Source of the DNA: Octopus vulgaris
Lineage: Eukaryota
Direction of reading: 5' to 3'
DNA: 64,000 bases
Assembly (NCBI GenBank): GCA_951406725.2
Contig: OX597814.1
Location: 93,806,001 to 93,870,000 of the forward strand
Part shown: positions 38,395-52,168 of the stretch, piece by piece
How the letters are laid out: every line of letters begins with the position of its first letter
Position numbering within the stretch: position 1 is the stretch's first letter
Translations under genes and position numbers: made by a program
Notes under the pieces: generated by a model
Databases searched by the model: none
Told to the model about the DNA's origin: nothing
What the model saw: the letters and a program-made list of their open reading frames with translations, nothing else

Positions 38395-38555
38395 CGACAG
38401 GCTTCTTTGAGCTTCCGTCTACCAAATCCACTCACAAGGCAATGGTCGGCCTGGGGCTATAGCAGAAGACACTTGCCCATGATGCCACGCAGTGGGACTG
38501 AACCCGGGACCATGTGGTTGTGTAGCAAGCTACTTACCACACAGCGACTCCTGCG

Positions 38556-38557
<2 letters not shown>
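38395..38557 (-). mobile_element. OR-like SINE 5' half
   Basis: Homology to 33178-33340. Confidence 0.9.
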
Positions 38558-38603
<46 letters not shown>

Positions 38604-38816
38604 AAAAAGGAGATGTGGAACACGAGTTGTGATATATAAAAAAAGGAAATGAAGAAAATGCTGACAAAATAATTTAAGTAAGGGAGAGTGTATTTAATTA
38701 GGTGAAAGTTCTTTTTACCGGTTGCGCATTTGTTATGCTTATGAAAAGATATTTTTTTAAGTGAGATAGACTTCCTTTCTGATAGATTTTTTTCTCTTAT
38801 CTGACTTTATGTTGGG

Positions 38817-38875
38817 TTTGCTGTCTCTTATATGTGAAAAAAGAGCCTCTTTTTTCACATATAAGAGACAGCAAA
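38817..38875. repeat. Perfect 59-bp palindrome (29-bp arms, 1-nt spacer)
   Basis: tttgctgtctcttatatgtgaaaaaagag-c-ctcttttttcacatataagagacagcaaa. Confidence 0.95.
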
Positions 38876-40003
38876 AAATTTGGGAGTGCATTGATTGTTG
38901 TATTTTGAATGGTCAGTAGCAGCTAGCAGTTCACGAGAATATTTCTATTGAAAGGTTTGTTTATAGAATTTGCGTAGGTGTTATATTTTTTCCCTATATC
39001 TATATCTTTTTCCATTTCTAGCTTTGATGTTGAGCGCACACCCTCGAACCCCACTTCCCACCCTTTCACGTGCGTATGTATATACGTACGTATGCTCGTC
39101 AGTTGGTGTACCCAACTACATGCGCCTTTTTCCGTATGTATGTGTATATTGAGATATTTATGTATGTGAGCATATACGTATGTGGGTGGATAGACGGGCG
39201 GGATTTACATATGTACGTGTGAGTATATATTTGTGTGTATACGAGTGCGTGTGCAGAGGCAACTTAGATATACATACGTGGCGAGACGGATGTATATGCA
39301 CACCCCTGTCGATATACTTTTACACGAGAGTACGTATGTATGTATGTATGCGTGTGGATGTGTATGCGTGTATATGTGTATATGTATCCATGCGTGTACG
39401 TATGTACATGTTGACCACTAGACAATTTACGAGGAAATAGATAAACGGTTTAACCACAAACCAGACAACCCTAATTAACCATATACTGGGTCTCCAGACT
39501 TTCTAGTTTATTTATGTTACCCGCCGCTACGCCCGTAGGCTTCTACAACCAGAATATGTCATCTTTCTGACCACCTTGTTAGTTCTTAACCACTTTATAT
39601 CCCTTATCCTTATATTCTTTTATATATTTTTATATTTTTTTATATCCTTTTATATTTTTTTATATTATTTTATTGTTTTATATTTTTATATTTTTTATAT
39701 TTCTATATTTCTAATTTTTATTTTTTTATATTTTTTATCTTTCGTCCTCAATTCTCGCTCCTCTATCTTTATCTCTATTTATTTATATTACCAGGTTTTT
39801 TCACGTCTGTGTGTATTTATATATTTATTTATTTATTTATATTACCTCAACATCCAAACTTCCTCATTCTACATTGAGTGAAAGACAGGATAGACGCTTC
39901 GTTTTTGTGCTGGTGCCCCACTATGTCGTACGCGACTGTGAGGATTTGCATCCCCAACGTAGAATTTATGATGTAATACATGTCCTTGAAGTAGTAATTG
40001 TGC

Positions 40004-40081
40004 GCGGCTGAAGAAGGCCATAGACACACATTATGCATCGTCATAAATCCGTCTAATAAACGCCCGAAACATATGTACCGT
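40004..40081 (+). ncRNA. Type I hammerhead ribozyme-like motif
   Basis: GCGG-CTGAAGA-AGGC[tagac..ttatg..cataa..gtcta]GCCC-GAAA-CATATG-TA-CCGT; palindromic stem III, GUA triplet. Confidence 0.68.
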
Positions 40082-40183
40082 TGAATTCTTGGCATCATGT
40101 TTTTATTTTGTTTAATTTACTCCACCACCTACACCACCAAATGGTATATACAGGTGCTTACAATTATCAAGTTCTCACCTTGA

Positions 40184-40243
<60 letters not shown>

Positions 40244-40263
40244 ATATATATATATACATATAT

Positions 40264-40403
40264 ACGACAGGCTTCTTTCAGTTTCCGTCTACCAAATCCA
40301 CTCACAAGGCATTGGTCGGCCCGGGGCTATAGCAGAAGACACTTGCCCAAGATGCTACGCAGTGGGACTGAACCCGGAACCATGTGGCTGGTAAGCAAGC
40401 TAC
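40264..40403 (-). mobile_element. OR-like SINE 5' half
   Basis: Homology to other copies. Confidence 0.9.
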
Positions 40404-40500
40404 TTACCACACAGCCACTCCTGTGAAAGTGAGAAAAAGAGAAAATGTTGATCGATAGACTGACAACAAATATATGTATGTATATGTATATATATATATG

Positions 40501-40538
<38 letters not shown>

Positions 40539-40549
<11 letters not shown>

Positions 40550-41284
40550 AAAAAATGAAGTTCGAAAATGCTGCTGTATTATACAATTTTTAATTTTTAT
40601 ATATACATTATAACATGTTTCAGTTCCTGAAATGAACCTTATCAAAAAAAGTTATATATAAAAAGAGACAGCTCATGCCGTCAAACACAAGAAATTCATT
40701 TATAATACACAACGGAGTCAGACATCTTAGAGTTCATGTATAGTTGATATATAGTTCATGTATAGTTGATATATAGTTTGAAGTATATTTCAAAGTGTTC
40801 GATGCAGTGGCCCACGGTGGCGATACGTATTCAATACAAAAAACAGATCAAAGTGGTGGAAAGCGGCCAATACAGAAGATTGATGTGGGTCATCACAATT
40901 GCTTAAGGTAAAAATGAATTCCTCGCTCTTTCGGAAACATCAATCTTCTGTATTGACCGCTTTCCACCACTTTGATCTGTTTTTTGTATTGAATACGTAT
41001 CGCCACCGTGGGCCACTGCATCGAACACTTTGAAATATACTTCAAACTATATATCAACTATACATGAACTATATATCAACTATACATGAACTCTAAGATG
41101 TCTGACTCCGTTGTGTATTATAAATGAATTTCTTGTGTTTGACGGCATGAGCTGTCTCTTTTTATATATAACTTTTTTTGATAAGGTTCATTTCAGGAAC
41201 TGAAACATGTTATAATGTATATATAAAAATTAAAAATTGTATAATACAGCAGCATTTTCGAACTTCATTTTTTACAAATATATA
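40539..41284. repeat. Near-perfect inverted repeat: 348-bp arms, 50-bp spacer
   Basis: 40539-40886 vs 40937-41284; I saw one mismatch; both arms carry the same short internal tandem duplication. Confidence 0.95.
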
Positions 41285-41315
41285 CCTACTCGTATACGAA
41301 CTAATCCTATTATAA

Positions 41316-41357
<42 letters not shown>

Positions 41358-41405
41358 TGAAATAGAAAGATGAATAATCTTGTTGCAGATTAATCAATTC
41401 ACTAA

Positions 41406-41472
<67 letters not shown>

Positions 41473-41739
41473 GAAATATTAAAATTACGCAGGTTGTGTG
41501 TCAAATAGCTAGCTAGAGGCGGTGGCCTCTTGGAGCTAATCAGCAACAGCTTTAGTCTTATATTTATAAGACTGCCATATTAGTATGGCAATAACTATTA
41601 ATATATATATATATATATATATACTAGACGAACACAATACATACAACCAACAACCTATAACACTTGTAGAGAACAACCAGAATATGAACAACCACCAACA
41701 CGTTACACTGGACATCCTAAATGGACACACACATGGAAC

Positions 41740-44055
41740 AATAAACAAGTGGATAGAAATCAACACATAACCTTCAACAAACATCGAAAAAATCCAATCC
41801 ATACAAGCACCAACCCCATGCGACTCCACAAATTTACGAGATGGATAAAAAACAACCCCCACTATCAATACAATACAAACACAAAACATGAACCATCCAC
41901 CTACCCACAAAGAAACCTGAAGCCCAGTAATAGAAATTGGCTCAACACACACGGAAGGTGGGAAGAAAACAACTACCAAAGACAAAACAACATATACAGA
42001 CCATATAGACCACCCCTACTACTACAAGAAAACCTAAGATATGAAAATGGAATTGGGAGACGCAACAGCACAACCCCTTTTTTAGGGAAAGGATACTTCA
42101 ACCATATTCCAGACCCAATACACCAAAAATTCCAAATGAACACACAAAACACATAGACCCCAAACTAATAAACCTATCTAAAAGAGAACGTAACGAAAAT
42201 GAAATGAATCTACTACTAAAAGGCCCCAATTTTACACCCACACCCAGTCCAAATCTTTATAGAACTAAAAACTGATATAGACAACTTCAGCCGCCACCTC
42301 CACCTTATGGAATTCTTTGAAAATAAAGAAACAGAAGATAACTCAATCATAAGGAAAAAATCCCATTTCACCCCTTACAAGGGGAGTGACAAACACCTAG
42401 ACGCATACATCGAGACAATATCCAAATTCCCTCTCAACACGCACAAATGCAAACAGAACCTCCGCAGAAGAGAAAAACAAGCCTTACAAAAACTAAAAAA
42501 TGACAAGTCGATCATTATAAAAGAAGCTGACAAAGGTGGAGCAATAGTAATTATGGATACATATTACTACAAAGAAAAGATACTGGAGTTACTTAACAAC
42601 CAGACATACTATAAAGAGGAACCAACACCACGGGAGAAAGCAACAATAAAAAAAATTAGAACATTAGTCAATGAATACCAGACCTCCTTTACAGACAAAG
42701 GGAAAGACTATCTATGCAACACAAGAACCAAAGATAGCAACTTTTATGGATTACCTAAAATTCATAAAAGCTCTAAAATACAGAGAGCCATAAAGGAACA
42801 GAGGAACCACTATATAAAAATACAAAGGCCCGCAGACCTCACAATGAGACCAATAGTGGCAGGACCCCAGGCACCGACACAACAACTAAGCCACTTCATA
42901 GATGTACTCCTCAAACCTTTATGCCCACAAATACCAAGCTACATAAAGGATGACATAGACTTCCTCACATCAAGACATCAAGAAAAAATGGAAACGTTAC
43001 CTCGATGACTGCTTCATCTTTTGGAACAGATCAGAAGAAGACCTACGACCATTCCACAACATCCTCAATACACTGCACCCATCTATCAACTTTACAATAA
43101 ATACCAGCCACAACGAACGTCCCTTTATAGACATCAACATCAAGATACACAACTCCATCATCACAACAGATATCCACTACAAAAAAACCGACACACCAAT
43201 ATTTAAATTTCTACTCCTGCCACCCATCCCACATAAAAAGAAACATCCTATATATTAAGGCAAGACGCATATGCAGCATAGTAACTGACTCACAAACACA
43301 CCTAATAAGACTAGATGAACTTAAAAACTTCCCACTAGAACAAAAATACCCCCTTAAACTAACAAAAAATGGAATCTCAAGAGCAATGAAACTGGACATC
43401 ACACAACTCAGGACCCCCAAAACAAAAAAAACAAAACAAAGAAAACATTATCCCTTTCATAAACACACAAGCCTGGAGTTACCAACATGTTTCAAATCAT
43501 ACATTCAAATCTACCAATAGTCCTATAAAGCCCCAAAATGGAAAACATACTAAACAAATATTGCATAAAAAACAGTAGACGACAAGACAAAACCTGAAGA
43601 AACAACTAACAAGAGCGAAATTCTCATCAGAAACTCAAACTGAATTCTTTGTAAAAGAATGCAGGGATGGTAGATGTGGGATCTGCAGTAACGCCACCTA
43701 CAAATACATAGAGGGAGACAAAGAAATGAAATTCAAAAGTGGTCACATATTCAAAGTAAATGCGGATATGAACTGCAAGACGCAGAACGTAATATACTGC
43801 ATAACCTGTCCCACATGCAAGGAGGATTATATAGGTGAAACTGGAAATTCTTTATGCCAATGAGCCAGAATTCACCGACAGCATGTCCGACAGGAGGAAC
43901 TGCGCAAGATACCACTGAATAAACACCTAGATACATGTGGAGAAGGAAAATTTAAGATCTTTCCCTTCAACAAATGTCCAAAGAACGACACCTCCTTCAG
44001 GAAGAATATGGAAAAATACTTCATAACTAAGTTCTCCCCCAAATTGAATAGGTGA
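41740..44055 (+). mobile_element. Penelope-like retroelement (RT with internal deletion + GIY-YIG), decayed
   Basis: ORF 42307-43008 IIKEADKGGAIVIMD, FYGLPKIHK, RPIVAG; then KWKRYLDDCFIFW; NVIYCITCPTC..YIGETG; ends SPKLNR*. Confidence 0.92.
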
Positions 44056-44675
44056 AAATATTTCTATCATAAGTTGTACTAGATGAAGGATCAAATTTGT
44101 AAAGTAAATTGTATTAAACACACACACGCACACACACACATACACACACGCACACACACATTGTTCTACACATATGTACATATACATAAATAAAAACAAG
44201 CTCTAATCCAGATTCTCCATCCCATGTAAGCACAGGAATCAAATATTGGATTGAAAGAACTGAATAGTGGTATAAATATCAACACAATTATTTCTTCTTT
44301 TAACACTCCTTTCCGATATGCAAACAGCCATACATATACATACACGCACACTCTCTCACTAGACAATGATAAAAGTGACATTTTGGCCCCCAGCTGGCTT
44401 GACCATGGCTGGTTATTTTTAACAACTTGACCATTCCTCCTTAACACTTCTTTCAGAAACAAAACCACAAACACACACACACGCGCGCACATAAACACAC
44501 ACACTCTCACGAGACAATGATAAAAAGGAAATACAAACAGCTGGAATTACAATCACTGTAAGCCAAGAATTATTTTTGACAAACAACTATCAACAAAATT
44601 TCTCCCCTTCTTCCTCCTTTCCTTCTTTTTCTTTAATACCCCTTTCAGATACAAACACTTACACACACACACACA

Positions 44676-44731
<56 letters not shown>

Positions 44732-44959
44732 AGACAATGATAAAAAGGAAATCCAGACAAATTTTGAAAAATGACACCTTACCCCGCCTGGAGTAAACAT
44801 CCTGACCAGCTACAAAAGAGACCAACAACACAAATTTTTTCTTCTTTGTCTTCCTTTCCTTCTTTTTCTTTAACATTTCTTTCAGATACAAAAACACACA
44901 CATACACATACACACACACGAACGCACGCACACACACACACACAGTATCTTGAAATACT

Positions 44960-45990
44960 ATAGAGTTTATTTATTCAATAAAATTGCCATTGGCTTCAAC
45001 CACAGACTCCAGATGACTTCGGAATCTCCAGCAACTCTTCTGAACATTAAGTTGGTGAATGCTGCCATAATCCTTGCCTTCAGTTTATCTTTAAGTGTTA
45101 TAAGAGGTTTTGCTAGTCTCTCGCTCAACTCCGCCCATATATGATAATCAAGAGGGTTGCAGTCTGGGGAATTAGTATGCCAAATGTTAGGGACGATGTG
45201 GTCGCAGAGATTGTCTGATAACCATGACTGGATTCTCCTACTTGCAGTGCATGATGCGGAGACTTGTTGCCAGTCAAAGGGTCTTCCAATAACCACCGTC
45301 TAGACCCAGGGCAGCGCTACCTCCTCCAGGCACTTGATGTAGGCCTCCGTGTTGCGATTGAGGTAATGCTGGAAAATGAATGGAGGCATAACGTCACCAT
45401 TAGTGATCACTTCAAACACTATAATGTTGACTGAATGTTTGATTTTTATCATTATCGGTGCATAATTTGGAGACACGGCAAGCCAACGGTTGTTCTGTGT
45501 GTTCACCATCTGATCCTTAAAATCTTTTTATCTGGGAAAAACCGAACCACTTTCAGGTGGAGGGGATTCTTGAGTTTGTTCAAAAGCTTCATAGCGCGAT
45601 CTTTCATCTTGTCCTCGATGGCTTTTGATAAAAATTAATCCTTTCTCGTCTTGAATGAGGAATACCGAATGTCTTCACGGACTACCTGCCTGATAAGAAA
45701 CTTTGTCGCATCTTCTGCTCTCTCTTCAGATTCACAAACAAACACTTTGAAATATCCTTATTGGGGCTGCCGGCGCGAATGCCAAACATTACAGCATGTC
45801 GTTTCCAAATTTCTGCCATAGTGAATTGCGTCACGGTGTTGTTTTTTCACAGACGGATGGAATTTAAACTCCAAGCTGTCAGTACCGCAAATGCAAAATC
45901 GTCCCTTGAAGGCGGAGGCTGTGTTATCCGATAATGGAACCAAGTAACAATCATTATTCCTCACCACAAAGCTCCCAGAAATAGCTGCTG
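44960..45990 (-). mobile_element. Decayed Tc1/mariner transposase, maT (DD37D)-like
   Basis: NTQNNRW, WQQ.SA.C..SRRIQSWL, W..NSPDCNPLDY.IW, VVEANGNFIE. Confidence 0.82.
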
Positions 45991-46899
45991 TACTCATAAA
46001 ACTCAACACATTTAACTCCTGATATTATTTATATTCTAAGTCAGAATATTTCATATACCTTTTTTTATGTATATCTTTTTTGTATTAAATTTATTCAATA
46101 TTTTGTGTAAATCGACTTGCCTAACTTGCTTGTCCTTACATCTTCTCCTCTACCCGCTCAAGTTCAAATCTCTTGAGTACTATGAAGTGTATCCTGTAGA
46201 GAGTGTATCTGTCTCTTATCTCTCTCTTTCTCTCTCTGTTTCTCTCTCTCTCTCTCTCTTTCTCTTTCTGTTTCTCTCTCTCTCTCTCTGTACTTTCTAA
46301 CATTTATGTACTTTCTGCTTTTTCTTATTTTTGTGTCTTCCTACTCTGGTTGTTCTTACTTTGTTTTCTCTAATCTGCACCTATTACCTTGCCTCTCTCT
46401 CCCTTCCTCTCTTTTTCCCTTTCGTCTTCTCTTCTCCCCTTCTTCCCCCTTTCTCTCTGTTTCTTTCTTCGTCCTTTCTTTCCTTGTTTTTACTTTCTTC
46501 TCCCAGCTCTTATATTTTTTCTCCTCATGTTGTTTGCTTCCTTTTCTCCACACACCTTTTGAATTTTTCTTCCTCACGTCTTTATTGGCCTTCTTTCTCT
46601 CCCCCTTTTCGCCCTTTTTTCTCCTTTCTTTCACTTTTCTTCTCGTTTTACAATCATGGTCGATTACAAACCTTTCCTCCTCCACTTTCATCACCGTCTA
46701 AAACATTTCCTTTCTACACTTCCTTTCTGCTGTTTCAACCTTCTGTTAACCTTTCCCTACTAATTTAAAAAAACAACGTTTCTATAGTCACATTTCGTTT
46801 CTCAGTCGCTGCCTTCATTCCTAAAGTTTTCCGCCTCCATTTCCACCCCATTCTCCATTCTCTGACCACCCTCATACCCATACTCCGTACTACATCCTA

Positions 46900-49780
46900 C
46901 AGCCTTATGCGCGCCACCATTCGTTCTAATCTTTCCAAAATACACACCATCGACCGTCTTCTCCCTCATGCTTTTTCCATCTTCTCTAGGTCGCCTTCCC
47001 ATGAAAACACTACTTTACGTTACATAATTCATTTAAATCATCTCTTTCATCAATTTCTCGCTCACACCAAACAGCGTAAACCCCAATCACTCCTCCATAG
47101 TCACACACGATGTCACTACCCTTTTCATTCCCTACCACTCTCCCTTCCTGATACGCTCCCCCCATCCTCACCAAAGCCCCTTCCAACCCTCCTCACACAT
47201 ATCCGCTCCCCTCCCTCCCCGCCTTCTACTATCCCACCACCCTTCTCCACTTCCGTCTGTTATCATTCCTTCAGATGTTCTCCCCTTTGAGACGGAGCGC
47301 TCCATCCTTAGTAGGGATCTGCACTTTATGCCCATCACTACATCCAGCAACGAATTTCGGTCTCGTGCCGATACCCACACCTTTGTGCGCCGTGTTATAT
47401 TTTGTGCACTTTCCGCGACACTCCACTCGCTTCTAATGGGGAGGACTCCTTCACCGACCTGGGCCACGGAGCATCCCAGTGGACGCCAGCTCCTGGCCAG
47501 TTCCAAGCAGTCGATCTTTTTGCGGGCGCCTGCCAACGCGCTGTGGACCGGTTTAACTTTCCTAGCTATCCACGTCATTTGAACATCTCCCCAGCCGAAC
47601 TCTCAGCCCTTCAATGTATCCGACGCCATTGGCGACATCCAGAGCCTTTATACGGTGATTCCTCACAACGAGGGTCTGCGTTCACTCCAACATTTCCTTG
47701 ACCTTCGACCCAACCCCCATCCTAACACATTCACACTCGTTCGTCTGGCCGAACTTGTCCTCGCACTTAACTCCACGTTCGCAAGTGATTTTTACCAGTA
47801 AGTCTCGCAAGTGGCTATGGGAACGAGAATGGGCCCCAACTATGCGAACCTGTTCGGCTACGTTGAGGCAAAAACATTCTAAGTTTCACTGGTCTCAATC
47901 CCGAACTATACGGCCGTTATATTGACGACTGTATCGGTGCGACCTCGCTCTCCTGCGAGCATCTAGGCTCCATCCTCTCTTTTGTCAAATCTTTCCATCC
48001 TACCCTCCACTTCCCCTGCACTATTTCTGACACTTCCGTCTCCTTTCTTGACATTTCGGTCAGCATTCATCACTCCACTCTCACCACTTCCATCTACTAT
48101 AAACACACAGACTCACACTCATACCTCAACTTCTCCTCCCACTCTACACACACCAATCTTTCCATCGCCTATTCCCAATTCCTCCCACGCAAGCTCTGCA
48201 GTGATGAGCATGACTTTGAGACTCAGTCTCATCTCATAACTCACCACTTGCTTCCTACGTGGATATCCCCTCACCACTATCCACACCGCCCTCGCCAGAG
48301 CACATTCCGTGGACCGTGGATTTGCTCTCTACCCCGCACCCGACCCGCCGTCTTCTGTTTCCCGTCTCCTGTTTCCCTTCACGTACCACCACACTACCCT
48401 ACCTCTGCAACGCACCATTCTCAGAGCATTCCAGCGACTCCAGTCCGACTTCTCCATTTCGCACATCTTCCCTAACCGACCCACCCCTCCTTCAAACGAG
48501 CCCACAACCTACGAAACCTCTTGGTCCACATCTTCTTTCCTAACCTAACCTTCTAACCCGGCCCGTATCCCTGCTCCCGCCCACGCTGTCGCACTTGCGC
48601 TTACTTCTCCAACACCACCCTCCTCACCGGCACCCATCATCGACCATATCATATCACCGACTCCTTCGCCTGCACTTCTAGCAATATCATCTTTGCATCT
48701 CCTGCTCTCTCTGCCTTTCTTCTCTATACATTGGTCAAACGGGACACCATTTGGCTGACCGGTTCGCGGAATACATCCGAGACATCCGACTCGGCAATGA
48801 CACCCCGGTCTCGCGCCACTTCCGCTCTACCGGCACACTTTGCAACACCATTCTGTGGTCGGATTGTCTTTGCATAGGGGCCATTCGGACTCCCGTCTTC
48901 GCCGTGAACAAGGATTAATCTTCTCTCTTCGCTCCCTTGTGCCACATGCGCTCAACTCTTCTCCCCTCTTCTTCTAATCCTCCTCCCCTCTCCTCTCTTC
49001 CTCTCACACCTACTTCCTCCCATCCGCCTCTCCTTTCTTGTTCCGACTCCTTCTTCTCTTCACGCCTACCCTCCTTGTCTCTTCTCTTCACTCCTACCCA
49101 CTCCTCCCTTCCCCCTCTCCCCTCATAGTCACCCCTCCCTCGTAAACCCACCTCTACAAAATCCAAACCCACCTTCACTATCCATCCCATCCCACCCCCA
49201 CCCAATCCCTTACACCCACTCCCACCCAATCCCTTACACCCACTCCCACATACCCTCCTTTAACCCCACCCTCAGCCTAACACACACCCACCCTTACTTT
49301 CCCAACTCTCGTCTTCCCCACATCCCAACACTACCACACCACACCACACACCACCAAACCACACACCACCACATCACTGCACACCACCACGCACACACTA
49401 GCACTGACCACTTCCCAGCACCCACACCATCATCCACACACCTACACATGCCCACATGCACACCTCAAGGTCACCAGCCCTCTTCCACACGTACATACAT
49501 GATCTCTTATACACGCACACATTCGTTTTGTGATTACCACTACTTTATTATCTCCCTTTCTTACTAGCTCTCCTGTGTGACCCCTCTGTCCGGCTTTCGC
49601 CATGATAGATCGGTAGCCACTACACATTCTTCTCTCCCTGTTACTTTCTGTGTTCCTTTCTGTGGAAAAGCGTAGGCTCGAAACGTTAAAGTATTTTTCA
49701 CTTCCGGAGCGTTAAACTAATACATATGTTTGTTGTCTACATCACCTGTCTACAACTTTTATTTGCATTTTTTGGTGAAT

Positions 49781-49785
<5 letters not shown>
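46900..49785 (+). mobile_element. C/T-rich Penelope-like element (RT + GIY-YIG + terminal repeat), decayed
   Basis: VAMGTRMGPNYANLF, RYIDDCIG, SFLDISV, YKHTDSHSYL, CRTC, LYIGQTG..LADRF; terminal repeat 49600-49785. Confidence 0.88.
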
Positions 49786-49861
<76 letters not shown>

Positions 49862-49868
<7 letters not shown>

Positions 49869-50488
49869 TGGCAGGGCAAGACTGCTAGGTAGTCGGCCGT
49901 ATGCTTGAAATAGATCATCAACGATCAAACTACATGTTAAAATTAATATTAATTTATCTCCCTCATTATTTAAATATTGAAATAAATACGTTCTCTAGTA
50001 GCAAGCACTAACCGCAGTGAATTATTTACTGCAGTTCTTCGCTTCAGGAATTCTTTAGCGCGCCGGAACTAAGACATTTGAAATTTTATACCTAATGTAA
50101 TCGGTAAGACTAAACACGTGTCTATTTTGGCACAGAAAGCTGGGATTAGTTCTTCAGATTTCATTTACACTGAACGATTGCACTGATGAGGCAACGGACA
50201 TTTGAATTATGTAAGTAATTCTTCTGTTAAAGGCCGAAACCGAGGTATGCAATTAATTCTGTTTTTTATATAAATTTGGTTCTGGTGTTCGCTGAATTTT
50301 TCCTCTAGAGAACTTTCTTTGTAGTTTGATCGTTGATGATCTATTTCTAGCACACGGGCGACTACCTAGCAGTCTTGCCCTGCCAATATACACATATATT
50401 AGAATTTTCTCTGATTTCTCAGATTTTTTGTATGCTAGACTACTGGTTTTAAATTGATGTTAAAATTAATATTAATTTATCTCCCTCA

Positions 50489-50495
<7 letters not shown>
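49862..50495 (+). mobile_element. Non-coding hammerhead-bearing element with 73-bp inverted and 39-bp direct repeats, between (TA)n tracts
   Basis: Inverted arms 49862-49934 / 50320-50392; direct repeat 49934-49972 / 50457-50495; no ORF. Confidence 0.8.
50177..50253 (+). ncRNA. Intact-looking type I hammerhead ribozyme
   Basis: ATTGCA-CTGATGA-GGC[aacgga..gaattat..gtaattc..tctgtt]GCC-GAAA-CCGAGG-TA-TGCAAT; all core residues canonical, 6-bp stem I, GUA cleavage site. Confidence 0.82.
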
Positions 50496-50556
<61 letters not shown>

Positions 50557-50582
50557 AGAAAATGGATGTAATTAACACTTCA

Positions 50583-50625
<43 letters not shown>

Positions 50626-51677
50626 GCATATGTGGGTACACGACGTCACCAACAGTAAACAACATGAAATACGAAAACAAATGATTTTAATACGCAAACA
50701 ACGAGAGACACAAATGGATAACAGGACAAGTAACACAAAGAGCATCCCTTCATCAGCTGTCGGCTGTCTATCTACTCCTCAGCGTGCAAAACCAATTAAA
50801 AGAAAAATTAATACAAAATATATTATTTTTCCTTATATATAAAATACATTATTATATCAAGGCTTTTTACTGTAAGTAACGCTACAGCTGTAGAGGGATT
50901 CAAAATCAAACTACTTTATACAACATATATATGTGAGTGTGTGTGTATGTATACATATGCCTGTGTGTGAATGTGAGTTTGTGTGTGTGTACGTATGTGT
51001 GTGTGAGCATGTGTGTGTATACTGGCACTCCCTTCGGGTACGAGGACGTCAGTTCCAGTTAAAATTAATGTGTATGTAGACATGTGTATCCTTAATATAG
51101 TTTCCATGGAGACTGCGTGCCACAGAATGTGACAAGGTTGGTCCTTTGAAATACAGGTACTACTCATTTTAGTCAACAGAATTAATGATAACAAAGAGTT
51201 CGATACCGTACGGTCTGGTAGTTTCCCCTGCTTGCAACATATATTGGGTGCATATTGCTTCGAATAACCAGCTGCAGGAGGCGTCATCCTGGTGTTAAAA
51301 TGGTCATAAAGTCGGTTCCTACGGAACAGCCGTGTTGAAGTGGCGACAAACATTACTTCTCAGTAGTATACTTACTGCTTCCATCTTTCAAAGAGATTTT
51401 CTAATTAGCTAATTTGATTGTTATATATATAATAAAGCATAAAGGTACCAGCAGAATAGATGGAGGCAAATCAGCAGTGAAGCACACTATATGCTTTGGC
51501 TCGGGTGTCTAAACCGAAAATTACGTACACAAATCACATCAGTGGTATTGGTTAAGTTGAAAGGATATTTCTTTGACATCCCGTATTCTGCAAATCCAGG
51601 AGTATTCAAGGAGTAATTGGTTCGTTGATTGGACTAATGACGGTGATTTAGATAAAACGAACGGATAGTTTGGTATA

Positions 51678-51910
51678 CAGGGTTGGCCAAAGTCTCCCGA
51701 CAGTAAATCGAAATTCCATATATACTATCTGTAATTCTGTATTGACTCAAACGGAAAAAATGTATCGCTCAAGCAGGACTTCAGTTTGAATTATATTCAT
51801 GATGTTTCATATTTAGACGCTTTTATTAAATTCATTCAGTTGTTCAACATAAAGAAATTTTGGATTTAAATGGTTTTGATTTACTGTCCCGTGAATTTTG
51901 GCCAACCCTG
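51678..51910. mobile_element. Tc1/mariner-type MITE (233 bp)
   Basis: TIRs cagggttggccaaag..gacagtaaatc / gatttactgtc..ttttggccaaccctg with TA on both sides. Confidence 0.9.
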
Positions 51911-52168
51911 TATAATAAGTTACGAAATCATATACCATTATACAGAAACGCGTTTTCATAACTTCATGAGATTATGGTAGTGTATGTGTAGCATTACTCA
52001 GATTATCCTTTTTTTAAATCTTTATTACGATACGCACACACAATACACGTATATATATACATACCTTCATAAAACTGACACTTACGAATCCACTTTTAAA
52101 TAAATATCTTTTGTTTCAGGAGGAATAACTCATAATACAATGATTAATGTTCTGGTGCACCAATATAT

